A DNA stretch of 64,000 nt from NCBI GenBank assembly GCA_964628985.1, contig CAZVNJ010000001.1, positions 21,477 through 85,476 of the forward strand. The letters are read 5' to 3'. This document shows, piece after piece, positions 36,268 to 45,314 of the stretch. Both the position numbers and the translations under genes were made by a program. Under the pieces are notes generated by a model. It saw nothing but the letters and a program-made list of their open reading frames with translations. It had not been told where the DNA came from and did no database searches. Positions within the stretch are counted from its first letter, which is position 1. The number at the start of each line of letters is the position of its first letter. The stretch comes from an uncultured Dehalococcoides sp. (GTDB taxonomy: Bacteria > Chloroflexota > Dehalococcoidia > UBA2979).

Positions 36268-36881
36268 CGGTCCAGGACCTCGCGCGAACCGTCCCGGGCC
36301 GGGTCGTTGGCGGGCAGTGTGTCCGCGACCCATGAGCCGGTCTTCCAGCGCGGGACCGGGGTCTCACACGCCTCCTGGGGCACGAACCGCGACTGTTCGA
36401 CGAACGTCATCTGGTGGATGTAGCGCGGGCAGTTACCGAAGATCTCGCGCGCCCGCACGCGGACGACGAACTGGGCCTCGGGGTACTCGCTGAGCAGTGA
36501 GTCTTCGAGGTCGATCGACGCGACGCCGTTCACCCGCATCCGCCAGCGCTGCTCGAAGTCGATGAACAGCATCCCGACCTCGTGCGTCTGCTGGACGTTT
36601 CCCATGGAGAGATACATGCCATTGCCGTCGTAGTTCGGGAAGGCGAGCGTGTGCTCGTCCACGATGCGGACGAAGCCGGGGGCTCCGCCCTTGTAGGAGC
36701 AGTTGGCGTGCCCGTCCGCGTCCACGGTGGCGAGGAAGAACATCGGCATGCGCTCGATGAACTCGCGGTCCCGCTCGGTGAACGTCTCGTGCACGATCGC
36801 TTCTTCGAGGCGGTCCGCGAGCCGTCGAGTGTCGAAGGCGTCTTGCAAGTGCCGGTTGCCGTCGTGGTAGAGGTCAGCCAT
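36264..36881 (-). CDS. pyridoxamine 5'-phosphate oxidase-like FMN-binding split-barrel protein
   Basis: FFLATVDADGHANCSYKGG..FPNYDGNGMYLSMGN pattern of the PNPOx-like family. Confidence 0.8.
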   Translation of the reverse strand: MADLYHDGNRHLQDAFDTRRLADRLEEAIVHETFTERDREFIERMPMFFLATVDADGHANCSYKGGAPGFVRIVDEHTLAFPNYDGNGMYLSMGNVQQTHEVGMLFIDFEQRWRMRVNGVASIDLEDSLLSEYPEAQFVVRVRAREIFGNCPRYIHQMTFVEQSRFVPQEACETPVPRWKTGSWVADTLPANDPARDGSREVLDR

Positions 36882-36901
36882 TGGGACACCTCGAATCCCG
36901 G

Positions 36902-37750
36902 CTAGGTGCCGGTGAACTCAGCCTGGCGCTTTTCGAGGAAGGCGCGGACGCCCTCCCGGTGATCATTGGTCAGACGGGTGAGTGCCTGCCCTCGGGAGGC
37001 GAGCGGCAGGTGCTCCCAGAGGTCCGTCTGGTAGCCCTGGTGGATCAACTGCTTCACGATTCCCATGGCGTACACGGGGCCTCGCGCGAGCATCGCCGCC
37101 TTCTCGAGCGTGAAGTCCATCAACTGGTCGTCCGGCGTCACCCAGTTCGCGAGTCCGATGCGGTATGCCTCCTGGCCGTCCACCGGCTGGCCGGAATACT
37201 GCATCCAGAGCGCATTCGACATGCCGACGAGTTTCGGCAACTGCCACGCGCTCCCGTCGGCGGGCACGAGGCCGGTGCGGATGAACGCCTCGTTGAACCG
37301 GGCGCTCTCCGCGGCCACCCGGAAGTCGCAGGAGAGCGCGATTCCACAGCCGAGGCCGTAGGCGTGGCCGTTGACGGCGGCGAAGGACGGCTTCTCGAGG
37401 TTGTGCAGTGACCGCACGATCTGCGGCCCGCGCGCGCCTCGCTCCGCCTCTCGTGCCGTGTAGATCGGGTCGAGGTCCTCCCATGGCTGCTTCGGCGGTG
37501 CTTCGTCGGCAGCCGCGTCGGCTGCGTCGATACGCCGGGCGAACCCGCGGACGTTCGCGCCAGACGAGAAGGCCCGGCCTGCTCCCGTGATGACGAGGCA
37601 GCGGGCAGTTGGGTCTGTCCGGAACCGCTCGACCTCCTCGGTGAGTGCCGGGAGAAGTTCGTCGCCGAGCGAGTTCAGGACTTCCGGGTCGTTCATCGTG
37701 AGGAGGCGGACGCCCTTCACGGGATTGTCGACGAGCACTTTGTCGGTCAT
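36902..37750 (-). CDS. enoyl-CoA hydratase/isomerase family
   Basis: GGAGGA upstream of the ATG at 37750. ITGAGRAFSSGANV and AVNGHAYGLGCGIAL. Confidence 0.85.
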   Translation of the reverse strand: MTDKVLVDNPVKGVRLLTMNDPEVLNSLGDELLPALTEEVERFRTDPTARCLVITGAGRAFSSGANVRGFARRIDAADAAADEAPPKQPWEDLDPIYTAREAERGARGPQIVRSLHNLEKPSFAAVNGHAYGLGCGIALSCDFRVAAESARFNEAFIRTGLVPADGSAWQLPKLVGMSNALWMQYSGQPVDGQEAYRIGLANWVTPDDQLMDFTLEKAAMLARGPVYAMGIVKQLIHQGYQTDLWEHLPLASRGQALTRLTNDHREGVRAFLEKRQAEFTGT

Positions 37751-37848
37751 CGGGAACTCCTCCACAGGACGCCGAGCGGCGCCGCCGTGGCATGATATGA
37801 GGCGGGCCGCCCCCTTGCTCGAACGCCCGCCCCTCCCCCAGCCGTCAC

Positions 37849-39063
37849 TTACCAGCCGGCCTCGAGGAGCGCCAACGAGTCCTGGACCTGCTGCTCTTCC
37901 GAGCGTGCCCCCGCGTTGGCGTTGAAGTTCTTCACGGTCTCGCGCGCAATCGCCGGCAGGTCCTCGCGCGGAATGCCGAGCTGGCGTACCTGTGTCGGCA
38001 CACCCACCTTCGCGTAGAGCCGCTCGACGGCGTCAGCGACCGCGAGGGTCGCCTCGCGCGCCGGCATGCCCTCCCGCCAAACATCGAGCGCCTCCGCCAC
38101 CTGGCGGGCGGAGGTGGCGTCCGGGCTTGGGTGAAGTCGGAGTGCGGTGGCGGCGACCACCGAGGTCGATTCGCCCTGGCCGACGTGCGGGTAGCGGACG
38201 TGAAGCGCGGTGGAGACCGCGTAGTTGCCGGAGAACGGCACCGGCGACCGACCTCGGCGTCCATCGTCCTCGGCGCGATTCTGCAAGAAGGCAGCGGCGC
38301 ATAGGTCGATGCGCAGGTCCGGGTTGTCGAGTTCATCCATGAGACGGGGATACGCAGCGCGCGCGAGGCGGAAGGCGTGGGCGCTGTCACCTTCCACCAG
38401 GGGATTGGCGCCTGTCTCTGCCCGACCCGCGAGCGTGCTCGCGAAGACCGTGGTCGCCGTGGAGCGAATGAGGTCGGGCGGGGCGCTGAGGAGCGCAGCG
38501 GTGTCCCAGAAGATCGCCTGCGGGCGGGTCTTCGGGTCGAAGTACTCCATGCGGTGGTCGAGTTCCGGGTTCTTCAGTCCCGTACCCGCGCGGTTCATCG
38601 CGCTGGTGGGGGTCGTCGGGATGTTGATGATCGGCGGCTTCGGGGCAAGCAGCCGAGGGCTGTATGCGGGCTTGCCTGCCGGGTACTGGGTCATGATCTC
38701 AAAGGGGCTGGCGGACTCTGCCATGAAGATGGCGACCGCACGGGTCGCGACGATCACGCTGCCGCCGCCTACGGCGATCAGGAGGTCAGCACCGGCAGCG
38801 GTCGCCGCTTCCTTCGCAGCGACGACGGAGGCGTACGTCGAGTCTTTCTCGATCCGGTCGAAGACGCCGGCATAGCGGCTGCCGAGCGCTTCGACGATGC
38901 GGCCCACGACCGTGGTGCGCCCCGTCACCGAGGGCGAGCAGACGACGAACGCCCGGCGCGCGCCGGCTCGCTCGACCTCGCTGGCGAGGGACTGCTCGAT
39001 GCTCTCGACACCGCTATAGAGCCGGCAGGCGTACGTGACGGCCCGGAACCCTTCGCGTGCCAT
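37849..39063 (-). CDS. iron-containing alcohol dehydrogenase family oxidoreductase
   Basis: LLIAVGGGSVIVATRA glycine-rich NAD(P) motif and an overall Fe-ADH / maleylacetate-reductase-like layout. Confidence 0.75.
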   Translation of the reverse strand: MAREGFRAVTYACRLYSGVESIEQSLASEVERAGARRAFVVCSPSVTGRTTVVGRIVEALGSRYAGVFDRIEKDSTYASVVAAKEAATAAGADLLIAVGGGSVIVATRAVAIFMAESASPFEIMTQYPAGKPAYSPRLLAPKPPIINIPTTPTSAMNRAGTGLKNPELDHRMEYFDPKTRPQAIFWDTAALLSAPPDLIRSTATTVFASTLAGRAETGANPLVEGDSAHAFRLARAAYPRLMDELDNPDLRIDLCAAAFLQNRAEDDGRRGRSPVPFSGNYAVSTALHVRYPHVGQGESTSVVAATALRLHPSPDATSARQVAEALDVWREGMPAREATLAVADAVERLYAKVGVPTQVRQLGIPREDLPAIARETVKNFNANAGARSEEQQVQDSLALLEAGW

Positions 39064-39096
39064 GCTGCCCTCCCTCGCCAGCGCGACGGGAGGAGC

Positions 39097-39876
39097 CTAC
39101 GCCTTCCGGTATTTCCGGATCGCCAGAGGCGCGATCACCAGGCAGAGCCCGACGGCCCAGGCGAGCGTCTTCCAGACATCTGCCGAGGCGTCCGCTCCCA
39201 GCACCAGCCCGCGGACGGCGTCCACCGCGATCGAGAAGGGGTTGGCCTGCGCAATCGGCTGAAGCCAGGACGGCATGGACTCGATCGGGACGAAGGCCGA
39301 ACTCACGAAGGTGAGCGGGAACATCCAGACGAACCCGGCCGTATTGGCGGCTTCGACGGACTTCACCGAGACCCCGATCATCGCGGCGATCCAGGAGAAC
39401 GGGATCACGAACACGACTGCGAGCAGCAGCCCGCCGATGCTCTCCGTAAAGGAGCCATGGAATCTGAACCCGACCGCGAACCCGATGACAACGATCACGA
39501 GCGTCACAAACAGGTTGTTCGCGGTGTCAGACATGATCCGCCCAGCGAGTACGGCCGGCCGCGCCATTGGCAGCGAGCGATAACGGTCGAACGCGCCCTT
39601 CGAGATGTCTTCGGCGAGGCCCACCGCGGTCGCAGACGTCCCAAACAGCACCGTCTGCACGAGGATGCCGGGGAGCAGGAAGTCGATGTAGTTCCCGGTC
39701 GGGACCTGGATGGCGCCACCGAATACGTAGTTGAAGAGCAGCACAAACATCACCGGCTGGAGCGTGGAGAAGAACACCCAGTCCGGCAGGCGCTGATAGC
39801 GGTAGAGGTTTCGCCGCATCATCAGCAGCGAGTCATGGACCGCCCAGCGGACGCTCCCGAGGAAGGAGTCGTTCAT
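39097..39876 (-). CDS. ABC-2 type transporter permease (DrrB-like)
   Basis: Six hydrophobic segments. The start overlaps the ATPase stop (ATGA). Confidence 0.85.
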   Translation of the reverse strand: MNDSFLGSVRWAVHDSLLMMRRNLYRYQRLPDWVFFSTLQPVMFVLLFNYVFGGAIQVPTGNYIDFLLPGILVQTVLFGTSATAVGLAEDISKGAFDRYRSLPMARPAVLAGRIMSDTANNLFVTLVIVVIGFAVGFRFHGSFTESIGGLLLAVVFVIPFSWIAAMIGVSVKSVEAANTAGFVWMFPLTFVSSAFVPIESMPSWLQPIAQANPFSIAVDAVRGLVLGADASADVWKTLAWAVGLCLVIAPLAIRKYRKA

Positions 39877-40877
39877 CGTGTGCTCTGCTTTCCAGTAACG
39901 GCCGGCTCGACGGCGGACTCTTCAGCCCCGTGCCCGGTCAGTGCGAGGAAGACGTCATCGAGACTTGGCTGTCTCAGCGCCAGATCCGCGATCGGAATGC
40001 CGGCAGAGTCCAGCCCGCGGACCACCTCAGCCATCACCGCGGCACCGCGGTCTGTCGAGATCGAGACCTCGCTTGTCGAGAGGTCAACGTGCGGCGCCGC
40101 CCCGTAAGCGGCCAGCACCTCGCGAGTGCGGTCCAAGTCAGCGTCTGCCATCACCTTCACGGTGAGCACACGTCCCCCGACGCGTTGTTTGAGTTCGTCG
40201 GCGGTGCCGTCCGCGATCATCCGCCCGTGGTCGATCACCACGATGCGGTCAGCGAGGCGGTCCGCCTCTTCGAGATACTGCGTCGTCAGCAGCACCGTCG
40301 TCCCGCCGCTCGCCAGGCCCTCGATCTCCCCCCAGAGTTCAAGGCGGCTACGAGGGTCGAGGCCGGTGGTCGGCTCGTCTAGGAAGAGCACCTGCGGGCG
40401 CCCGATGAGGCTGGCGGCCAGGTCCAGGCGGCGCCTCATGCCGCCGGAGTAGGTCTTCGCAATGCGGTTGGCGGCGTCTTCGAGCGAGAACCGGGAGATC
40501 AGGTCCTTCGCCCGCTGGCGTGCCTCCTCCTTCGGGAGGTGGTACAGGCGCCCGACCAGTTCGAGGTTTTCGAGGCCGGTCAGAATGTCGTCGACCGCGG
40601 CGGATTGGCCCGCGAGGCCGATCACGCTGCGCAATTCTCCGGCCTGGGTAGCGGCGTCGAACCCGGCCACGCGCACCCTGCCCGACGTGGGGGCAAGAAG
40701 CGTGGTGAGGATCCTCACCAGAGTGGTCTTCCCCGCGCCGTTTGGCCCCAGCAGGGCCAGGACGGTTCCGCGCTCGACTTCGAGGTCGATGCCGCGCAGG
40801 GCTTCGACCGTCCCGTAATGCTTCGTGACGCCATCCACCTGGACGGCGAGCGCATGGTCAGAAAGGGGCATGGGCAC
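39873..40877 (-). CDS. ABC transporter ATP-binding protein (DrrA/daunorubicin-resistance type)
   Basis: Walker A GPNGAGKTT, signature YSGGMRRRL, Walker B LFLDEPTTGLD. The start is GTG at 40877 or ATG at 40871. Confidence 0.9.
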   Translation of the reverse strand: MPMPLSDHALAVQVDGVTKHYGTVEALRGIDLEVERGTVLALLGPNGAGKTTLVRILTTLLAPTSGRVRVAGFDAATQAGELRSVIGLAGQSAAVDDILTGLENLELVGRLYHLPKEEARQRAKDLISRFSLEDAANRIAKTYSGGMRRRLDLAASLIGRPQVLFLDEPTTGLDPRSRLELWGEIEGLASGGTTVLLTTQYLEEADRLADRIVVIDHGRMIADGTADELKQRVGGRVLTVKVMADADLDRTREVLAAYGAAPHVDLSTSEVSISTDRGAAVMAEVVRGLDSAGIPIADLALRQPSLDDVFLALTGHGAEESAVEPAVTGKQSTR

Positions 40878-41035
40878 CTTCTTGAATCGCCTCGGGGGGC
40901 TCAGGGACGGGGGGATGGCAATTGCCAGCCCGGCGAGGCACGAATTCAGCGCGCCTCAGCACGAAGAGGATAAGGCACAATCGCCCAGATTCTCCCCCAG
41001 TGATGGCACAGGTTCTGAATCTGAGACAGAGGCTC

Positions 41036-41521
41036 TCAGTCGGGTTGGGACGGCCGCACGAGGAGGATCGGCGTGTCCTCCAGGTGCCGCAGCACGTGGT
41101 CCGCGACGGAGCCGAGCACCGTCCGCGAAAGCCCGGAGCGCCCGTGGGTGGCCATGAGGACAACATCGGCTCCGAGGCGCTTGGCCTCCGCGACGATCGC
41201 TTCCCCGGGAAGGCCCTGCAGGATGGCCGTCTTCACGGTCGCGATCCCCGACTCCCTCACCCGCAGAAGGGCGGCTTCGAGTTCGGCCTCGGCAGACATC
41301 CGCTCGCTCGCAATGATGTCGTCCACCACTCGGAGGCCCACGCTGGGGCTGATGCCGAACTCGAAGCCCGCATTCGTCGTCTTGCTCAGGAGGTGCGAGG
41401 CATCATCGATCACCTCGACGATGGTGACGGAGCCAGCGCCGTCGACCACCTGGGGGGCGAATCGGAGGACCGCGCGGGAGAGTTCCGAGCCGTCGAGCGT
41501 GATCAGGGCGTTTTGGAACAT
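41036..41521 (-). CDS. universal stress protein (UspA family)
   Basis: MFQNALITLDGSELS.. and C-terminal ATHGRSGLSRTVLGSVADHVL (ATP-binding G-x2-G-x9-G(S/T)). Confidence 0.85.
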   Translation of the reverse strand: MFQNALITLDGSELSRAVLRFAPQVVDGAGSVTIVEVIDDASHLLSKTTNAGFEFGISPSVGLRVVDDIIASERMSAEAELEAALLRVRESGIATVKTAILQGLPGEAIVAEAKRLGADVVLMATHGRSGLSRTVLGSVADHVLRHLEDTPILLVRPSQPD

Positions 41522-41760
41522 CTGACCCCCTGGGAGCGTGCACATCCGGTGCGACCCCATGGTGAGGCGTCCAGGGCGTGCCCTCTACGGCTTCACGTCA
41601 CCCAGCAGGGGTGACCTTCGTCCCCGGGGCCGATTTTGGGGGCCGGGATGCCCGAACGTCCCCGGCAATGGGTGACTCCGGACAGGCCAACTCAGGGGTG
41701 GGGCTCTGCCATACTGCGGGCACGGCCTCGGTCGCTCTCGGCGATCTGGCGTAGTGCAGG

Positions 41761-42450
41761 ATGACTTACATGGCTTCCGAATCGCAGACATCCGCCGGGA
41801 CACCCATCCGCGTGATGCTGGTGGACGACCACGAAGTGGTCCGGCGCGGCCTCCAGGCGATCCTCGACCGGAACCCTGAGCTACACGTCGTAGGGGAGGC
41901 CAGTTCAGTCGCCGCAGCGGTTCGGGAGTCAGCCCGGGTCCAGCCAGATGTCGTGGTGATGGACCTGCGCCTCCCGGACGGGTCTGGTGTCACCGCTTGC
42001 CGGGAAATCCGTGACGCCCACCCAGACATCAAGGTGCTGATCCTGACGTCGCATGCCGACCAAGACGCACTGTTCTCGGCCGTGCTCGCCGGTGCAGCGG
42101 GGTATGTGCTGAAGGACTTAGATACGGCCGCCATCCAGAAGGCAATCGTGACTGTCGGGCGCGGGGGCTCACTCCTCGACCCGCACATGACCACGCGCCT
42201 CCTCGACCGGATGCGCCACGGGACGGCGCAACACCCAGCGGACGACCAGTTCGCGACGTTGACGCCCCAGGAGGACCGGATCCTTGACATGATCGGTGAG
42301 GGGATGACCAACCGACAGATTGCGGACCGTCTCTCCCTGAGCGAGAAAACCGTGAAGAACTACGTGTCCGAGCTGTACGCCAAGCTCCACGTTGATCGGC
42401 GGACCCAGGCGGCGACCCTGGCCACCGAGCGACGGCTGCGCAAGGGTTAG
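41761..42450 (+). CDS. LuxR/NarL-family two-component response regulator
   Basis: Receiver (MLVDDHEVV.., phospho-acceptor in VVVMDLRLPDGSG) plus a LuxR HTH (NRQIADRLSLSEKTVKNYVSELYAKL). Confidence 0.9.
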   Translation: MTYMASESQTSAGTPIRVMLVDDHEVVRRGLQAILDRNPELHVVGEASSVAAAVRESARVQPDVVVMDLRLPDGSGVTACREIRDAHPDIKVLILTSHADQDALFSAVLAGAAGYVLKDLDTAAIQKAIVTVGRGGSLLDPHMTTRLLDRMRHGTAQHPADDQFATLTPQEDRILDMIGEGMTNRQIADRLSLSEKTVKNYVSELYAKLHVDRRTQAATLATERRLRKG

Positions 42451-42482
42451 CAGATTCATTGCCTCCCCGCCGCGCCCATTCC

Positions 42483-42515
42483 TAGACTACCCGCAGACTC
42501 GTAGACTGCCCGCAG
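42483..42515. repeat. direct repeat TAGACT(A/G)CCCGCAG x2 with 19-bp period between the response-regulator and kinase genes
   Basis: Copies at 42483-42496 and 42502-42515 differ at one position. The second copy runs into the palindromic CCCGCAGCGGG. Confidence 0.6.
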
Positions 42516-42569
42516 CGGGATCCCTCCCGCCCCCGAGCCGGCGTCAACCCGGCCCACGAGGCCGGTGCC

Positions 42570-44012
42570 ATGACGAACGTCCTGTTGCTCGACGATGAGG
42601 CCTTCCGCGCGATCGTGGACCGCGCACCGGACGGAATTGTCCTGGTCGACAACACGGGACGGATCGTCTTCATCAACCGGCAGATCACTGAGCTCTTCGG
42701 CTACGAGCCGAGTGACCTGCGTGGCCAGCGGGTTGAACTACTGATGCCCGAGGATCGCCGAGCGGTGCACGTGATCAACCGCGAGATCTACCAGGAGCAC
42801 CCGGAGACGCGGCCCATGGGGACCGGCCTGGACTTGGTGGGCCGCCGCAGAGACGGCTCGACGTTCCCAGTGGAGATCAGCCTCAGCGTCCTGGCCGGGC
42901 GCGCCGGCGACCTCAGCGTCGCGGTGGTGCGAGATGTCTCTCGCCAGAAGCGGGCGGAGGAAGCGCTCCGGCGCAGTGAGGAACGGCACCGTCTGCTCGC
43001 GGAGCAGGCCCAGGACATCATCTTCCGCTATCGCCTCCGGCCCAGTGCAGCGTTCGAGTACATCAGCGCCGCGATGACACGCCTCCTGGGCTACCGCCCT
43101 GAGGAGTTCTATGTCGACGACGATCTGATCTTCCAGATCACTCATCCGGAGGATCGGACCACGTTGGAGGAGGCGCTCGGCCTAGAGGGCCCGCGAAGCT
43201 TTGCCCTGCGCTTTGTCCACCGGGATGGGCAGGTCCGCTGGTTCGAGCAGAGCATCTCACTCGCGACCGACTCGAGCGGCGTCGTCGTCGCCCTCGAGGG
43301 GATCGCGCGCGACGTGACGGACCGGCGCGGCGCTGACGCTGAGCGTCAGCGCCTGATGGCGGAGGTCGAGCGGCAACTCGACCGAGAGCGCATCGCCGGC
43401 GATCTCCATGACGAGACGATCCAGTCGATCTATGCCGTGGGCCTCGGACTCCACGCAGCACTCGCTGACGCCTCGGTCACGAAAGAGGCCGCGATTGAAC
43501 GCACGATCGAGGGCTTGAACTCAGTGATCATCGAGTTGCGGACGTACATGCAGGGGCTTAGCGGCCAGACAGCGGGTGCCACGCCGGAGTCGCTCGCGCT
43601 GCGCGTTGAGGGGTTGATCCGCGACTCGGGCACCACCCGATGGGACGCAAATGTGGCGCCTGACCTCGGGCTGGAGCCTGCTATCGAGCGCCACGTCTAC
43701 TTGCTGGTGAAGGAACTCATTTCAAACGTTCAGCGACACGCCTCGGCGGCGAACGCCTCGGTCTCCGTGAGGCGGGAGCCAGGTTCTCCGGTGGATCGCC
43801 TGCTAATCCAGGTGACGGACGACGGAGTAGGGTTTGAGCGGGCTTCGATTCCAGTGCACAGCTTCGGCTACCGCTCCATCGAGCAGCGAGTCATGACGCT
43901 CGGGGGTGCGCTCGCGATCGACTCGGCTCCAGGACGTGGGACGAAGGTCCGGTTGTCGTTCCCCGTCTCCACGCCGCCACCGGACGGTTCGGTGAGGGCG
44001 GGCCAGGGCTGA
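42570..44012 (+). CDS. PAS-PAS sensor histidine kinase (HisKA_3/NarX-type)
   Basis: Two PAS-like modules (GIVLVDNTGRIVFINRQ..; IIFRYRLRP..), H-box AGDLHDETIQ, N-box ELISNVQRHA and DDGVGF. Confidence 0.9.
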   Translation: MTNVLLLDDEAFRAIVDRAPDGIVLVDNTGRIVFINRQITELFGYEPSDLRGQRVELLMPEDRRAVHVINREIYQEHPETRPMGTGLDLVGRRRDGSTFPVEISLSVLAGRAGDLSVAVVRDVSRQKRAEEALRRSEERHRLLAEQAQDIIFRYRLRPSAAFEYISAAMTRLLGYRPEEFYVDDDLIFQITHPEDRTTLEEALGLEGPRSFALRFVHRDGQVRWFEQSISLATDSSGVVVALEGIARDVTDRRGADAERQRLMAEVERQLDRERIAGDLHDETIQSIYAVGLGLHAALADASVTKEAAIERTIEGLNSVIIELRTYMQGLSGQTAGATPESLALRVEGLIRDSGTTRWDANVAPDLGLEPAIERHVYLLVKELISNVQRHASAANASVSVRREPGSPVDRLLIQVTDDGVGFERASIPVHSFGYRSIEQRVMTLGGALAIDSAPGRGTKVRLSFPVSTPPPDGSVRAGQG

Positions 44013-44015
44013 CGC

Positions 44016-45314
44016 GTGCCAGGCATCGGCTCCGAGGAGGTCGCGCTTGAGCGCACCCTGGGCCTGTGGCAACTCACCGTGTCAGGCGTCGGCATCGTCA
44101 TTGGTGCCGGAATCTACGTCCTCATTGGGAGCGCCACAGCGGAGGCCGGGAGCCTTGTATGGGCCTCCTTCGTCCTGGCTGCCGTCCTCGGAGGCCTCAC
44201 CGGGCTGAGTTACGTCGAACTCGCCGGGCTGTTCCCGTCCGCGGGGGCGGAGTACGAGTTTGCACGTCGCGCCTTCAATGAGTTCTGGGGCTTCCTCGCG
44301 GGCTGGCTCATGATCGCGGGCAATGTCGTCGCAGCCGGCGCGGTCGCGCTGGGGTTTGCGGAGTACCTGCGACATTTCATCGAAGTGGACACTCGAGTGG
44401 CCGCGCTGGCGCTTCTGCTGGTGCTCACCGGCATCATTGCGAGCGGCGTGCGGCGCTCCATCTGGCTGACGACCGCGCTGGTCGTCCTGCAGGTCGGTGG
44501 GCTCCTGCTCGTGATCGCCGTCGGTGCACCGCATGTCGGCGATCGGTCGCTCACCGAGGGCAGCATGACCGGGGTGCTCTCGGCGGCGGCACTTGTGTTC
44601 TTTGCGTTCATCGGCTTCGACGAGGTCGTAACGCTCTCCGATGAGACCAGGGACCCGAGCCGCGTCGTACCTCGGGCGCTTCTGCTCGCCCTCGGGCTTT
44701 CAACACTTCTCTACGTGGCCGTGGGAGTCGTCTCGGTCAGCACGATTGATTGGCGCGTACTGGCGGCGTCGGACCGTCCTCTGGCCGTCGTGCTGGGGCA
44801 CGAAGGAAACACCCGCTCGGCGGACGTGGTCGCGTGGATCGCACTGGCGTCGACCACGAACACGACGCTCCTGGTGCTGACCGCGGCCTCGCGGCTGATG
44901 TTTGACATGGCGCGCAAGGGCGCGTTCCCGCCCGTGCTCGGACTGGTGAGCCGCCGGGCACGTGCGCCCTACGCCGCCGCGCTGGTGGCGTTCGTCGTGG
45001 CCTCGGGCTTCGCGCTTCTCGGCAGCATCGACCTCGTCGCCGCGGTGACCGACTTCACGGTGTACGCCGTCTTCGTCGCGGTGAACCTCGCCGTGCTGCG
45101 ACTTCGGCACACGATGCCCGACGTGCTCCGACCGATGCGTGCCGGGCCGTCGCTGGGGCGGTGGCCGGTCGCCTCGGTGCTTGGGCTGCTGGCCACGCTG
45201 GCGATGCTCGCGTTCCTGGAGGTCGCCGCGTGGGGGATCGGACTGGCGCTGATCGTGCTCGCGCTCATGGCGTGGATGGTGCGTGGGTACCGCACCGGCA
45301 CCGCGGGCGCCTAG
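44016..45314 (+). CDS. APC-superfamily amino acid/polyamine permease
   Basis: About 12 TM segments. N-terminal pattern LGLWQLTVSGVGIVIGAGIYVLIG. GTG start lies 4 nt after the kinase stop. Confidence 0.85.
   Translation: MPGIGSEEVALERTLGLWQLTVSGVGIVIGAGIYVLIGSATAEAGSLVWASFVLAAVLGGLTGLSYVELAGLFPSAGAEYEFARRAFNEFWGFLAGWLMIAGNVVAAGAVALGFAEYLRHFIEVDTRVAALALLLVLTGIIASGVRRSIWLTTALVVLQVGGLLLVIAVGAPHVGDRSLTEGSMTGVLSAAALVFFAFIGFDEVVTLSDETRDPSRVVPRALLLALGLSTLLYVAVGVVSVSTIDWRVLAASDRPLAVVLGHEGNTRSADVVAWIALASTTNTTLLVLTAASRLMFDMARKGAFPPVLGLVSRRARAPYAAALVAFVVASGFALLGSIDLVAAVTDFTVYAVFVAVNLAVLRLRHTMPDVLRPMRAGPSLGRWPVASVLGLLATLAMLAFLEVAAWGIGLALIVLALMAWMVRGYRTGTAGA

Noticed and set aside
38377-40107. 576-aa + strand ORF
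   Set aside because: It is antisense to the Fe-ADH, ABC-2 permease and ATPase genes, all of which have recognisable motifs. The composition is dominated by R/G/D/H/E repeats.
41021-41039. CTGAGA-N7-TCTCAG hairpin at the universal stress protein stop codon, considered as a terminator
   Set aside because: The stem is short and no U-tract follows on the - strand. It is not convincing as an intrinsic terminator.
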